From an uncultured Bacilli bacterium (lineage in GTDB: Bacteria > Bacillota_I > Bacilli_A > RF39 > UBA660): a stretch of 64,000 nt of DNA. Below the pieces are notes generated by a model that saw only the letters and a list, made by a program, of their open reading frames with translations, did not search any database and was not told the DNA's origin. Of the stretch, positions 18,137-27,164 are shown piece by piece (position 1 is the stretch's first letter; every line of letters starts with the position of its first letter). The position numbers were made by a program, and so were the translations under genes. Where the stretch lies: the NCBI GenBank assembly GCA_934130545.1, contig CAKOYD010000001.1:138343-202342 (forward strand). The letters are read 5' to 3'.

Positions 18137-21100
18137 CTATTTAAATAAATTAACTATTCTATCCCAAAGCGTTGTTGTTTTAGCTTCTTTTACACTTTGA
18201 GATGCTGTAGATGTTTTTAAGGCATCAGTAGTTAAGATAAATCTTGTTGTAGACTTTTCTGAAGATCCGGCAAATGTTTGATAGTTATCGGCTAAGTTAG
18301 ATAATTCTTTTGCACGATATGACATTGATTTTAAATTACCATTAACAAGAGCAGATATTTGTTTGATACCTTCAGTGTTATATTTAGATATACCTTTCGA
18401 TAATTCTTGAATACCATTATTTAATTCATCTACTCCATTATATAGTGTACCTAATGATGTTTTAGTAGCTTCGATTGAAGCTTGTTTTACTTGGTTAGCA
18501 ACAGATGTTGAAGTATTTTCAGCAACAATGGAAGCGGTTTGAATTGCTGACTCATATGCACTATTAATAGCGGTCATTCTTGTTGTTTCTTCCATTAATG
18601 TTTTCATTTCTTGTAATGTAGTATATTTGGTAATATAGTCTTTATTGTTAGTACATGCTTCAACATATGGTGCGGAAATAGTAGTGCTTTGACAAACACT
18701 TACTAGACTTGAAGTAATACCGTTTGCTTCTAACATATTAATACTATTTACTATATTTTGATATGTAGAGTTTTCTTTTAATTTATTAACAGCATTATTA
18801 CCTATTTGTTCCTTATATTCATTAGTAAATGTTTTGTTGACAGTGGCTACAGCTTGAGATTTGATGTATGCTACTTGTTCAGAAGTTAAGGCATCTGATT
18901 CATCATCTATTTTACTAATAGCTTGTTCTAGTCTTTCTTTTAATTCGTTAGAACCATTAGCAATTTTAGTAGCTCCTTCTTCGATAGTATTCATATTATT
19001 TTGTAAATTATTTACTTTGCTATATACTTCATCTAATTTATTAAAGATATTTAAATCATTTGTTTCAATTAACTTTGGTGTAATTATTGAATACATAGAA
19101 GATAATTCAAATTTTGTTGTATCATAACTAATGGTAATAGTATCCATATTCTTTAATTCATATAGTCCTAGACTTTCATATAAACCTGGTGTTGCTAAAC
19201 CAACAATAACATAATTATTACCATTATTAATTACTTTACCATTATCAATAGTTAAGTTTTGGTTATTTGTAGTGCTTATTACACTTCCTAAAGTAGCTAC
19301 AAATGGTGTATATAAACTGCCATGTTTATCATGATTAATATATTGGATTTTTATTGTTACTTTACCACTTTTACCTATGATATCACTTGCTTTGTATTCA
19401 GTACCATCTAATAGATATGTAATTTTTAGACTTACTGGTAATTCTTTATCAGTAGTACCTTTATATAAGATATCTCTTCCTTTAGCATCCCATGTTAATT
19501 GATTATTATTTTGAGTAAATGTTCGATCATCATTAATATTTAAGATATTTTTTAATTCTGAATAGTCTTCGATAGAATCTAGTTTATCAGAATTAATTAA
19601 TTGTTCATTAACAGTGGTACTTTTAATAGTGCCATCATAATTTAATTTACTATAAACAGATTCCTTTTTCTCTAATGCAAAGATGTTTGTTGGAAATACT
19701 GTTGTTAATATGCCACCTAATAATAACCAAGTGGCTATTTTCTTAGATTTTATTTTATTCATTATTTTTTCCTCCTTATTTTTAATTATTACTTTATCAA
19801 ATAGTAATAATATTGCTGGTAAGATAGTTATTACTACCAAGACGCTTATTAGAGCTCCTCTTGATATTAGTGTACATATTGAACCAATCATTTCGATATC
19901 AGAATATAATCCGACACCAAAGGTTGCTGCAAAGAAACACATGCCACTAATTAATATTGATGGTACAGCATAGTTCATTACTTCTAACATAGCTTGTTCT
20001 TTACTTAAACCTTCTTTTCTTTTATTTATATAACTTGTTGTTACTAAGATAGCATAATCAATAGTAGCTCCTAATTGAATTGTTCCTAAAGTAATAGGTG
20101 CTATAAATGGTAATACTGTTCCACCAAAGTATGAGAAACTCATATTCGTGAATATAGCAAATTCAATAGCAATAATTAATAATATTGGTAAGATAAATGA
20201 TTTTAGTACAAATAGTAAGACAATAAATATACATACTATTGAGAATATATTAACGTTATTATAGTCAGTATCATAAGTTTCTACTAAGTCTTTCATTAAT
20301 GGTCCTTCACCTGCTACAATAGCTTTTTTATCATATGATTTAACAATATTATTTAATTTATCAGTTTGATTATTTAACTCATTAGTGGCTATATCATATG
20401 TTGAGTTAACAATCATCATTTCATAGTTTTCACTTTCAAAGATGCTTGATAAATTACTTGGAATGATATCTTCTGTTACTCCTATACTACTTAGTTCTCT
20501 AAATGATAAAACAAAATCAATTCCGTCTAGTTCTTTTATTTGTGATATCATATTGTTTATATCTTCATTTTTTAAGTCTTTACTTATTAGTATTATTTCT
20601 GGACTAACAATATTATATTTTTCTTTTAATAATTTATTTGTTTTAACACTTTCTAATGTTTCTGGTAATGATGAATCTAGTTTGTAGTATACATCAACTT
20701 TTTTATTTGCAAGATATGCTGGTACTAATAGAATTAAGAAGATGGCAAATACTACTTTATAGTGTTTAATTATAAAACTATTAAATTTAGCAAAGCTTGG
20801 TATTAAATTACCATGTCTTGTTTTCTCTATTAATTTATCAGAGATTAGTAACAAACTTGGGAATAAGGTTAAGACTGTTAAGACTCCTAGTAAAACACCT
20901 TTGGCCATAACTATTCCTAAATCACGGCCTAATGTTAATCGCATAGCACATAGTGCTAAGAAACCAACGATTGTTGTTAAGCTACTACCGGTAACAGATA
21001 CAAAGGTATCTTGGATAGCTTCAGACATAGCTTCTTCTTTTGTTTTATATTTGTTTTTCTTATCTTCATATGAATGATATAAGAAGATTGAGAAGTCAGT

Positions 21101-21817
21101 AGTAACTCCTAATTGTAAGACTGCTACTAAGGCTTTAGTAATATATGATATTTGTCCTAAAAAGATGTTTGTTCCTAGATTTAAGAGAATTGCACATCCT
21201 ATATTACCTAATAGAACAAATGGTACAAAGTATGAGTCTAAGGATAGTTCTAGTACAATGGTACATAGTAGAACAGCAATAATAATATAGATAGCTATTT
21301 CACGTTCAGATAATTCCATAGTATCAAGGACCATAGAACTCATACCACCTTGAGATATTTTTCCTTCGGTTATTTTTCTTATTTCTTTTACGGCTGATAT
21401 TGTTTTTTCATTAGATGTTGATTCGTTGAAGGTAATAAACATAATATCAGTATTTTCTTTATGTAATTTGTCTTTTACTTCACTAGGAAGCATATCGATA
21501 GGAATTGATACACCAATAGCATCGTAAATACTTACGACATTGGCAACTCCATCAATACCTTTTATTTTTTCTTCTAGGGATAATACATCTTTAGCAGGCA
21601 TATTTTCGATAGTTGCTATTGAGTATCCACCCATGTTGAAGTCATTTGTTAATACATTTTGGCCTTTTATTGTTTCTATATCATCTGGTAAATAAACTAA
21701 AATATTATAATTTATTTTGGTTAATTTCATCCCAATAAATGATAGAACTAATAAAATACTAAATGTAATTATAATTAATGTTTTATGTTTGCATATATAA
21801 TCAGCAATTTTCTTCAT
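18137..21817 (-). CDS. MMPL/RND-superfamily membrane transporter fused to a C-terminal YhgE/Pip-like extracytoplasmic domain (~1226 aa)
   Basis: Two 6-TM bundles separated by a soluble loop (MMPL architecture), then a further TM and a ~500-aa Ser/Thr/Asn-rich coiled-coil region like the YhgE/Pip N-domain. Probable start at ATG 21817 (RBS GGAGGGAG). The track's 18137..21850 ORF uses an upstream Met. Confidence 0.7.
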   Translation of the reverse strand: MKKIADYICKHKTLIIITFSILLVLSFIGMKLTKINYNILVYLPDDIETIKGQNVLTNDFNMGGYSIATIENMPAKDVLSLEEKIKGIDGVANVVSIYDAIGVSIPIDMLPSEVKDKLHKENTDIMFITFNESTSNEKTISAVKEIRKITEGKISQGGMSSMVLDTMELSEREIAIYIIIAVLLCTIVLELSLDSYFVPFVLLGNIGCAILLNLGTNIFLGQISYITKALVAVLQLGVTTDFSIFLYHSYEDKKNKYKTKEEAMSEAIQDTFVSVTGSSLTTIVGFLALCAMRLTLGRDLGIVMAKGVLLGVLTVLTLFPSLLLISDKLIEKTRHGNLIPSFAKFNSFIIKHYKVVFAIFLILLVPAYLANKKVDVYYKLDSSLPETLESVKTNKLLKEKYNIVSPEIILISKDLKNEDINNMISQIKELDGIDFVLSFRELSSIGVTEDIIPSNLSSIFESENYEMMIVNSTYDIATNELNNQTDKLNNIVKSYDKKAIVAGEGPLMKDLVETYDTDYNNVNIFSIVCIFIVLLFVLKSFILPILLIIAIEFAIFTNMSFSYFGGTVLPFIAPITLGTIQLGATIDYAILVTTSYINKRKEGLSKEQAMLEVMNYAVPSILISGMCFFAATFGVGLYSDIEMIGSICTLISRGALISVLVVITILPAILLLFDKVIIKNKEEKIMNKIKSKKIATWLLLGGILTTVFPTNIFALEKKESVYSKLNYDGTIKSTTVNEQLINSDKLDSIEDYSELKNILNINDDRTFTQNNNQLTWDAKGRDILYKGTTDKELPVSLKITYLLDGTEYKASDIIGKSGKVTIKIQYINHDKHGSLYTPFVATLGSVISTTNNQNLTIDNGKVINNGNNYVIVGLATPGLYESLGLYELKNMDTITISYDTTKFELSSMYSIITPKLIETNDLNIFNKLDEVYSKVNNLQNNMNTIEEGATKIANGSNELKERLEQAISKIDDESDALTSEQVAYIKSQAVATVNKTFTNEYKEQIGNNAVNKLKENSTYQNIVNSINMLEANGITSSLVSVCQSTTISAPYVEACTNNKDYITKYTTLQEMKTLMEETTRMTAINSAYESAIQTASIVAENTSTSVANQVKQASIEATKTSLGTLYNGVDELNNGIQELSKGISKYNTEGIKQISALVNGNLKSMSYRAKELSNLADNYQTFAGSSEKSTTRFILTTDALKTSTASQSVKEAKTTTLWDRIVNLFK

Positions 21818-21993
21818 TTTTCTCCCTCCGATAATATAGTTTATTATCATTTGTTGTTTTGGTACACACTAATAAAATATATTATGTTTGTTATCCAACA
21901 TTTTGATTAATATGTATATATATTTAAGCAACATTTTGTATGTTAATTGCTTTTTTGTTATTTTTGCAATATAATTATGTCGAGGCGGTAAAA

Positions 21994-22560
21994 ATGAAGG
22001 ATAAAACTGATTTAAGAGTTATAAAAACGAATAAGATACTATTTGAGGCTCTAACTACTTTGATGAAAGAGAAAACTTTTGAAAAGATTAAGATATCAGA
22101 TATATGTGAAGTGGCTCTGATAAATCGTTCAACTTTTTATGCACATTATGAAGATAAATATGAATTGTTATTAGCACTTATTGAAGATTTAAAAGATAAT
22201 TTGTTAGTAGAGCTAAATAAGAATGAAGCTGAATCTTTGTCCAAAGAATATTTTATGGAACTTTTAGAGATTTTAATTGACCATATTGATAGTAAGAGAG
22301 AGATTTATAGTGCAATACTTTCTCATAATAAGAATGGAATATTTGTGGACTTTTTAATTGATGTGGCTAATCGAGACTTGGCAAAAAGATTAAAGGATAA
22401 TCAGGAAATAATTAAATCAAATATTCCAGCGGATATTATTTCTAAATTTTATCTTGGTGGGATAATAAATATTGGTGTTGATTGGATTATTAATAAAGAT
22501 AAATATAATAAGGAACAAATACTTTTATATCTAGATAAGCTTATTCCAGATAAGTTATAG
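21994..22560 (+). CDS. TetR/AcrR-family transcriptional regulator
   Basis: N-terminal TetR_N HTH (FEKIKISDICEVALINRSTFYAHYEDK). Divergent from the MMPL gene. Likely start at ATG 21994 with a GAGG RBS. Confidence 0.8.
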   Translation: MKDKTDLRVIKTNKILFEALTTLMKEKTFEKIKISDICEVALINRSTFYAHYEDKYELLLALIEDLKDNLLVELNKNEAESLSKEYFMELLEILIDHIDSKREIYSAILSHNKNGIFVDFLIDVANRDLAKRLKDNQEIIKSNIPADIISKFYLGGIINIGVDWIINKDKYNKEQILLYLDKLIPDKL

Positions 22561-22768
22561 TAAAGTCATGACTACGGTTGTGGCTTTTTTTATTTATTCT
22601 ATTTCTAATTTAAATGAATAAAATATAAGTGAAATTTGGTGATTTATGAAATATGAAATTATTAAAGTATTTGATGATGATATTAGTGAATTAGAAATAA
22701 AAGATATTGTTAATAAGAAGTTAAGCATCATTATGAATATTATAGAGTTTAATTAGAGGTGATTAGAT

Positions 22769-24319
22769 ATTATTAATAAGTTAAAAGTAGGAATTTATTT
22801 AAGATTATCGAGTGAAGATAAAGATAAAATTAATAAAGATGACTATAGTGAATCTATTAAGAATCAAAGAAATATGCTAGTGGATTATATAAGTAAACAT
22901 GATGATTTTTATTTGGTAGATGAATATTGTGACGAAGATTTATCGGGTGCTGGAACATATAGACCAGAGTTTGAAAGATTAATTAATGATTGTGAAGGGC
23001 ATAGACTCGATATCGTTTTATGTAAAAGCCAGTCAAGATTTTCTAGAGATATGGAAATTGTTGAAAAATATATAAATAATAAATTTATCGAATGGAATAT
23101 TAGATTTATTGGCCTTGCAGATAATGCTGATACTGATAATTTTGGTAATAAGAAAGCTAGGCAAATTAATGGATTAGTTAATGAATGGTATTTAGAAGAT
23201 ATATCAAATAATATTAGAAGTGCATTTAATTCTAAAATGAAACAAGGTGAGTTTATCTCCCCTTTTGCACCTTTCGGATATGAGATTTCTTCTAATGATA
23301 ATAATAAGATTGTTATTGATAAAATTGGCTCGGAAATAGTTAAAAATATTTATAATTTGTATTTAAAGGGGTTAGGATTTACAAAAATTGCAGAGTATTT
23401 AAATAATAATAATGTCCCCTCACCTTCTTTATATAAGTATCAAAAAGGATGTAAGTTAAATATAATTAGTAATAAGAGGCGTGATGAAATCAAATGGAAT
23501 GGCAGTGCTGTTAAAAAGATATTAACTAATGAAATATATATTGGAAATTTAATACAAGGCAAAAGAACAACAGTTAGTTATAAGAATCATAGAATTATAA
23601 ATAAAAGAAAAAGTGAGTGGATAAGAAAAGAAAATACTCATGAAGGTATTATAGATAAAGATACTTTTTATAAGGTACAGTCGATTATTAATAGTCGTAG
23701 AAGGCCCTCTAAAAAATTAGGCACGATGCATATATTTTCGGGAAAAGTTTTTTGTATGGAATGTAATAGTATGATGAAAAAAAAGAATTCACAAAGACAT
23801 GAATACTTGGTATGCTCTAATAGTAATTGTCTTAATAAGTCTATACGCTATGATATGTTAGAGGGTATTATACTTAAAGAAGTTAATGGATTAGTTAGTA
23901 AATATTATGATAGTGAATTATTAAAAAAATATAGTTTAGAAGAAAGAAATATTATAGATAAAGTAAATACTTTAAATATGCAACATAATGATTTAAGAAA
24001 TAGAATTTCTAGATTAGATAATTACTTAAAGTCTCTTTATGAAGATAAGGTTAATGGTGTTATTACGGAAGAATATTTTATAAAACTTACTAATAGTTAT
24101 AATAATGATAAAAAAATTATTGAAGATAACATTAAATCTGTAGAGAGTAAGATAAGTTATTATAGAAATTATTTTAATGATAATATTATAGATAGATATA
24201 AAAGTTTTGATAATTTAAATAAGGTAATTGTTGATGAATTTGTTAATAAGATATGTGTTGGGAAGATAGCTAATAATAAAAGAAAAATTGAAGTTAGATG
24301 GCGTTTTTTATTTAATTAG
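22769..24319 (+). CDS. large serine recombinase (no canonical in-frame start upstream of the catalytic Ser; possible ATT start)
   Basis: VGIYLRLSSEDKD...IKNQR...SQSRFSRD resolvase motifs, a recombinase domain and a Cys cluster. The frame opens at 22763 after TGA. The first in-frame ATG is 22874, which lies downstream of the catalytic Ser. RBS AGAGGTGA sits 6 nt before ATT at 22769. Confidence 0.7.
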   Translation: MINKLKVGIYLRLSSEDKDKINKDDYSESIKNQRNMLVDYISKHDDFYLVDEYCDEDLSGAGTYRPEFERLINDCEGHRLDIVLCKSQSRFSRDMEIVEKYINNKFIEWNIRFIGLADNADTDNFGNKKARQINGLVNEWYLEDISNNIRSAFNSKMKQGEFISPFAPFGYEISSNDNNKIVIDKIGSEIVKNIYNLYLKGLGFTKIAEYLNNNNVPSPSLYKYQKGCKLNIISNKRRDEIKWNGSAVKKILTNEIYIGNLIQGKRTTVSYKNHRIINKRKSEWIRKENTHEGIIDKDTFYKVQSIINSRRRPSKKLGTMHIFSGKVFCMECNSMMKKKNSQRHEYLVCSNSNCLNKSIRYDMLEGIILKEVNGLVSKYYDSELLKKYSLEERNIIDKVNTLNMQHNDLRNRISRLDNYLKSLYEDKVNGVITEEYFIKLTNSYNNDKKIIEDNIKSVESKISYYRNYFNDNIIDRYKSFDNLNKVIVDEFVNKICVGKIANNKRKIEVRWRFLFN

Positions 24320-24347
24320 GGATGTGTTTATGATATTCAAGGAGTTG

Positions 24348-24679
24348 CTTTAATTAGGACACTAGCAATTAAACCGGATATATTGCTTTTGGATGAGCCA
24401 TTTTCTGCTCTTGATTATCAATCACGTTTAGCAGTATGTGATGATGTATATAGAATAATTAAAAAAGAAAAGAAAACAATTATTATGATTACTCATGATA
24501 TTGCTGAAGCTATTTCTATGGCTGATAGAATTGTAATACTTACTGGCAGACCCGCAATGGTAAAGAAGATTATGGATGTTAAGTTAACTAATTCTAGTAC
24601 TCCTATTAATAATAGAAAGTGTGTAGAATTTAGTAAGTATTATGAAAGTATATGGAAAGAGTTGGATTTTCATGTATAG
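24348..24679 (+). pseudogene. ABC transporter ATP-binding protein, C-terminal fragment
   Basis: [23 protein letters not shown] (Walker B) and ITHDIAEA (H-loop). In frame with, and directly after, the recombinase stop. Confidence 0.8.
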
Positions 24680-25460
24680 TGATGAGTATAAAAAATATTT
24701 GAAGAAGAATAAGATTAATAATTATTTAATTAAGTTTACTCAGATTAGTATATTAGTTTTATTATTACTTTTATGGGAATATTTAGCAAGAAATAATATA
24801 ATTAATTCTTTTATATCTTCTTCTCCTTCAAGAGTAATTAAGGCTATTATAAATTTATATAAGCAAAATAATTTATTTAATAATATATGGATTACGGTAT
24901 ATGAAACATTAATTAGTTTTATACTAGGAACACTTATTGGAACGTTTATAGCAATTGTTCTTTGGTATAATAAATTTATATATAAAGTAGTTGATCCTTA
25001 TTTAACAATATTAAATAGTTTACCTAAGGTAGCGTTGGGTCCAATTATTATTATTTATAGTGGTGCTAATATAAATTCAATTATTACTATGGCTTTACTA
25101 ATTTCGGTAATTATAACAATCATAACGGTATATAATGGTTTTGTGAATACTGATTATAGCAAAATTAAATTATTGAACTCTTTAAAGGCTACTAAAATGC
25201 AAATTCTGAAATATGTAATTTTACCAAGTAGTTATTCAACTATTATTAGTTCTTTAAAGATTAATGTTAGTATGTCTTTGATTGGGGTAATTATGGGAGA
25301 GTTTCTAGTTTCGAAAAAAGGAATTGGATATCTAATTAATTATGGTTCACAAGTTTTTAACTTAGATTTAGTGATAGCGGGAATAATTATTTTAATGATT
25401 GTGTCTTATCTTATGTATTTAGCTGTGCTTTATATTGAGAAAAAGTTAATTAGGGAATAA
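24642..25460 (+). CDS. ABC transporter permease (SsuC/TauC-like, BPD_transp_1)
   Basis: Six TM helices with an EAA-like loop. Follows the ATPase gene. Confidence 0.8.
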   Translation: MKVYGKSWIFMYSDEYKKYLKKNKINNYLIKFTQISILVLLLLLWEYLARNNIINSFISSSPSRVIKAIINLYKQNNLFNNIWITVYETLISFILGTLIGTFIAIVLWYNKFIYKVVDPYLTILNSLPKVALGPIIIIYSGANINSIITMALLISVIITIITVYNGFVNTDYSKIKLLNSLKATKMQILKYVILPSSYSTIISSLKINVSMSLIGVIMGEFLVSKKGIGYLINYGSQVFNLDLVIAGIIILMIVSYLMYLAVLYIEKKLIRE

Positions 25461-25463
25461 AGA

Positions 25464-25507
25464 AAATCAGCACTGATAATGGGTGCTGATTTATATTTTT
25501 TTAATTT
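25464..25507. terminator. bidirectional rho-independent terminator
   Basis: 10-bp stem aaatcagcac/gtgctgattt with a 9-nt loop, and T-runs on both sides. Confidence 0.6.
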
Positions 25508-26138
25508 TTTTTCTTATTTTAACATTTACTTCTGGCATAATAACATTCATATCAAATGTTTTATTTAATACATTAATAAATTCTTCTATTTTGTCAGTAT
25601 CTTCATTTTTAATAATTAAATCTTTAACAATACCATCAACTATATATGTTTTTAACAAATCTTCTATTTGATGGTGTTTAATTGTTGTTTCAATATTGGA
25701 ACAATTTACATTTAAACTATGTAAGATATGGCATAAACTTTCTAGAGATAATTTATACTCTATACTGTTAGCGTAATCATATATTTGAGGTATTATTCTT
25801 CTTAAATTGAATATTGATAAATAGTCAACATTACCATATCCATCACTGGCTATAAAATACTTTTCTCCATTAATTTCAATTATATGATATAAACAATCAG
25901 AATTATAATATGAATCTTCATTATGATATTTAGAACTTAGAAATATTCGCTCTTGAGGGCTTAAACTATCTCTAAATTCTTGAGTAGTAATAGCGTCATA
26001 GTATAAGTCATACAAAGAATTCACTATTTTTTGTAATTCTTTTTGAGTTAATAAAGGTTTATAACCCTTTAATGTTTCTTTTGCCATAAATATTTTTAAT
26101 TTTAGATCATTTTTTACTTCATATTTTTTGTCATTCAT
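25491..26138 (-). CDS. hypothetical protein
   Basis: ORF only. Confidence 0.4.
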   Translation of the reverse strand: MNDKKYEVKNDLKLKIFMAKETLKGYKPLLTQKELQKIVNSLYDLYYDAITTQEFRDSLSPQERIFLSSKYHNEDSYYNSDCLYHIIEINGEKYFIASDGYGNVDYLSIFNLRRIIPQIYDYANSIEYKLSLESLCHILHSLNVNCSNIETTIKHHQIEDLLKTYIVDGIVKDLIIKNEDTDKIEEFINVLNKTFDMNVIMPEVNVKIRKKIKKI

Positions 26139-26153
26139 TTGTTAGATATCCCC

Positions 26154-27164
26154 CTATAAAAGATATGTAATAGTTAGTGGTATTATTAATTGTAATAATA
26201 CTAATACTACATATATTATATTAGTTAATTTCTTGTTATATATTAGTTTATCTAGTGAATTTACAAGTAATTTACTTAGGGCTACTGCTAATACTACTGA
26301 GTATATTGGGAAGATAAATCTAAGTATAACTAGAAATATGGCTATTATTATACCATAAATTATTTGGTTATTCAACAAAATTGGACTAGTTTTAGAGTCC
26401 ATTGATACAAATATTAGGATAAATAATAGATTGCCAATACTAATATTAAATATTCCATAAAAATACCACATATTATTAAATAGCCCTATTATAGAGAACA
26501 TAATAAATGCTGATAATAAGCATGATATAACAATACTTATTTTACTTTGATTTTTATAATATAGATATATTAAGATAATTGCTAATAAAATTATAGGGGT
26601 ATTATCATATACATTGCCTATTAAGTAATCTAGAACACTTCCAAATTTGCCCATTACTTCATTATAAGTACCTAAATAGTTTATTTTAGATAAGTTATAT
26701 AATGGGTTATCTAAAGTTAGATTTGTTTTAGAAACAATATTCCAAATACTTGGTAAGATGACAGCTAATAAATTTACATCAATATTCTTTATACTAATTG
26801 TTGTTAAAATAGATAGTACAATTGATAAGATAGTTAATATTAGAATATTAATACTAGGGCTTATAAATATTAATAAGATAATAGTTGGTATTAAATTAGC
26901 ACTAGTTAATAGTTTATTACTTTTTTTAATAAGTTTATTAATAGTTATAGCGATAATTATACTAGCAATAATAGGTATTATATATGTTAATAAAGTACTA
27001 AATACAATAGTAATATCTTTAGTATTAGTATAATTAGTTAATCCATATTTGCAGAAATTAAATAATAAAACTACAATAAGACATTTTAATATATTGTTAT
27101 TTAGTTTTGAAGTACTACTATCACTTGTTAAATATACTCCGTTTCTAACATTAAATTCGCGCAT
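26154..27164 (-). CDS. polytopic membrane protein, possibly RnfD/NqrB-like partner of the RnfC-like protein
   Basis: ~8 TM helices. Translationally coupled to the upstream RnfC-like gene (shared ATGA at 27164). The family call is weak. Confidence 0.35.
   Translation of the reverse strand: MREFNVRNGVYLTSDSSTSKLNNNILKCLIVVLLFNFCKYGLTNYTNTKDITIVFSTLLTYIIPIIASIIIAITINKLIKKSNKLLTSANLIPTIILLIFISPSINILILTILSIVLSILTTISIKNIDVNLLAVILPSIWNIVSKTNLTLDNPLYNLSKINYLGTYNEVMGKFGSVLDYLIGNVYDNTPIILLAIILIYLYYKNQSKISIVISCLLSAFIMFSIIGLFNNMWYFYGIFNISIGNLLFILIFVSMDSKTSPILLNNQIIYGIIIAIFLVILRFIFPIYSVVLAVALSKLLVNSLDKLIYNKKLTNIIYVVLVLLQLIIPLTITYLL

Larger units (their letters stand above)
18091..24347. mobile_element. 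LSR integrative element C (~6.3 kb) inserted in the ABC ATPase gene
   Basis: Shared GAGTTG at 18085-90 and 24342-47. Inverted arms ttgaatataataaagacaca versus the reverse complement ttgaatatcataaacaca. Excision gives [32 protein letters not shown] in frame. Confidence 0.75.

Noticed and set aside
21940-21993. N-terminal extension of the TetR ORF (MLIAFLLFLQYNYVEAVK)
   Set aside because: ATG 21994 has a proper RBS and begins the TetR HTH region. The upstream extension is likely untranslated promoter DNA.
24383-24679. Independent 98-aa gene starting at TTG 24383
   Set aside because: It is the 3' remainder of the interrupted ABC ATPase. The frame is open back to the recombinase stop and matches Walker B/H-loop continuity with 17676..18090.
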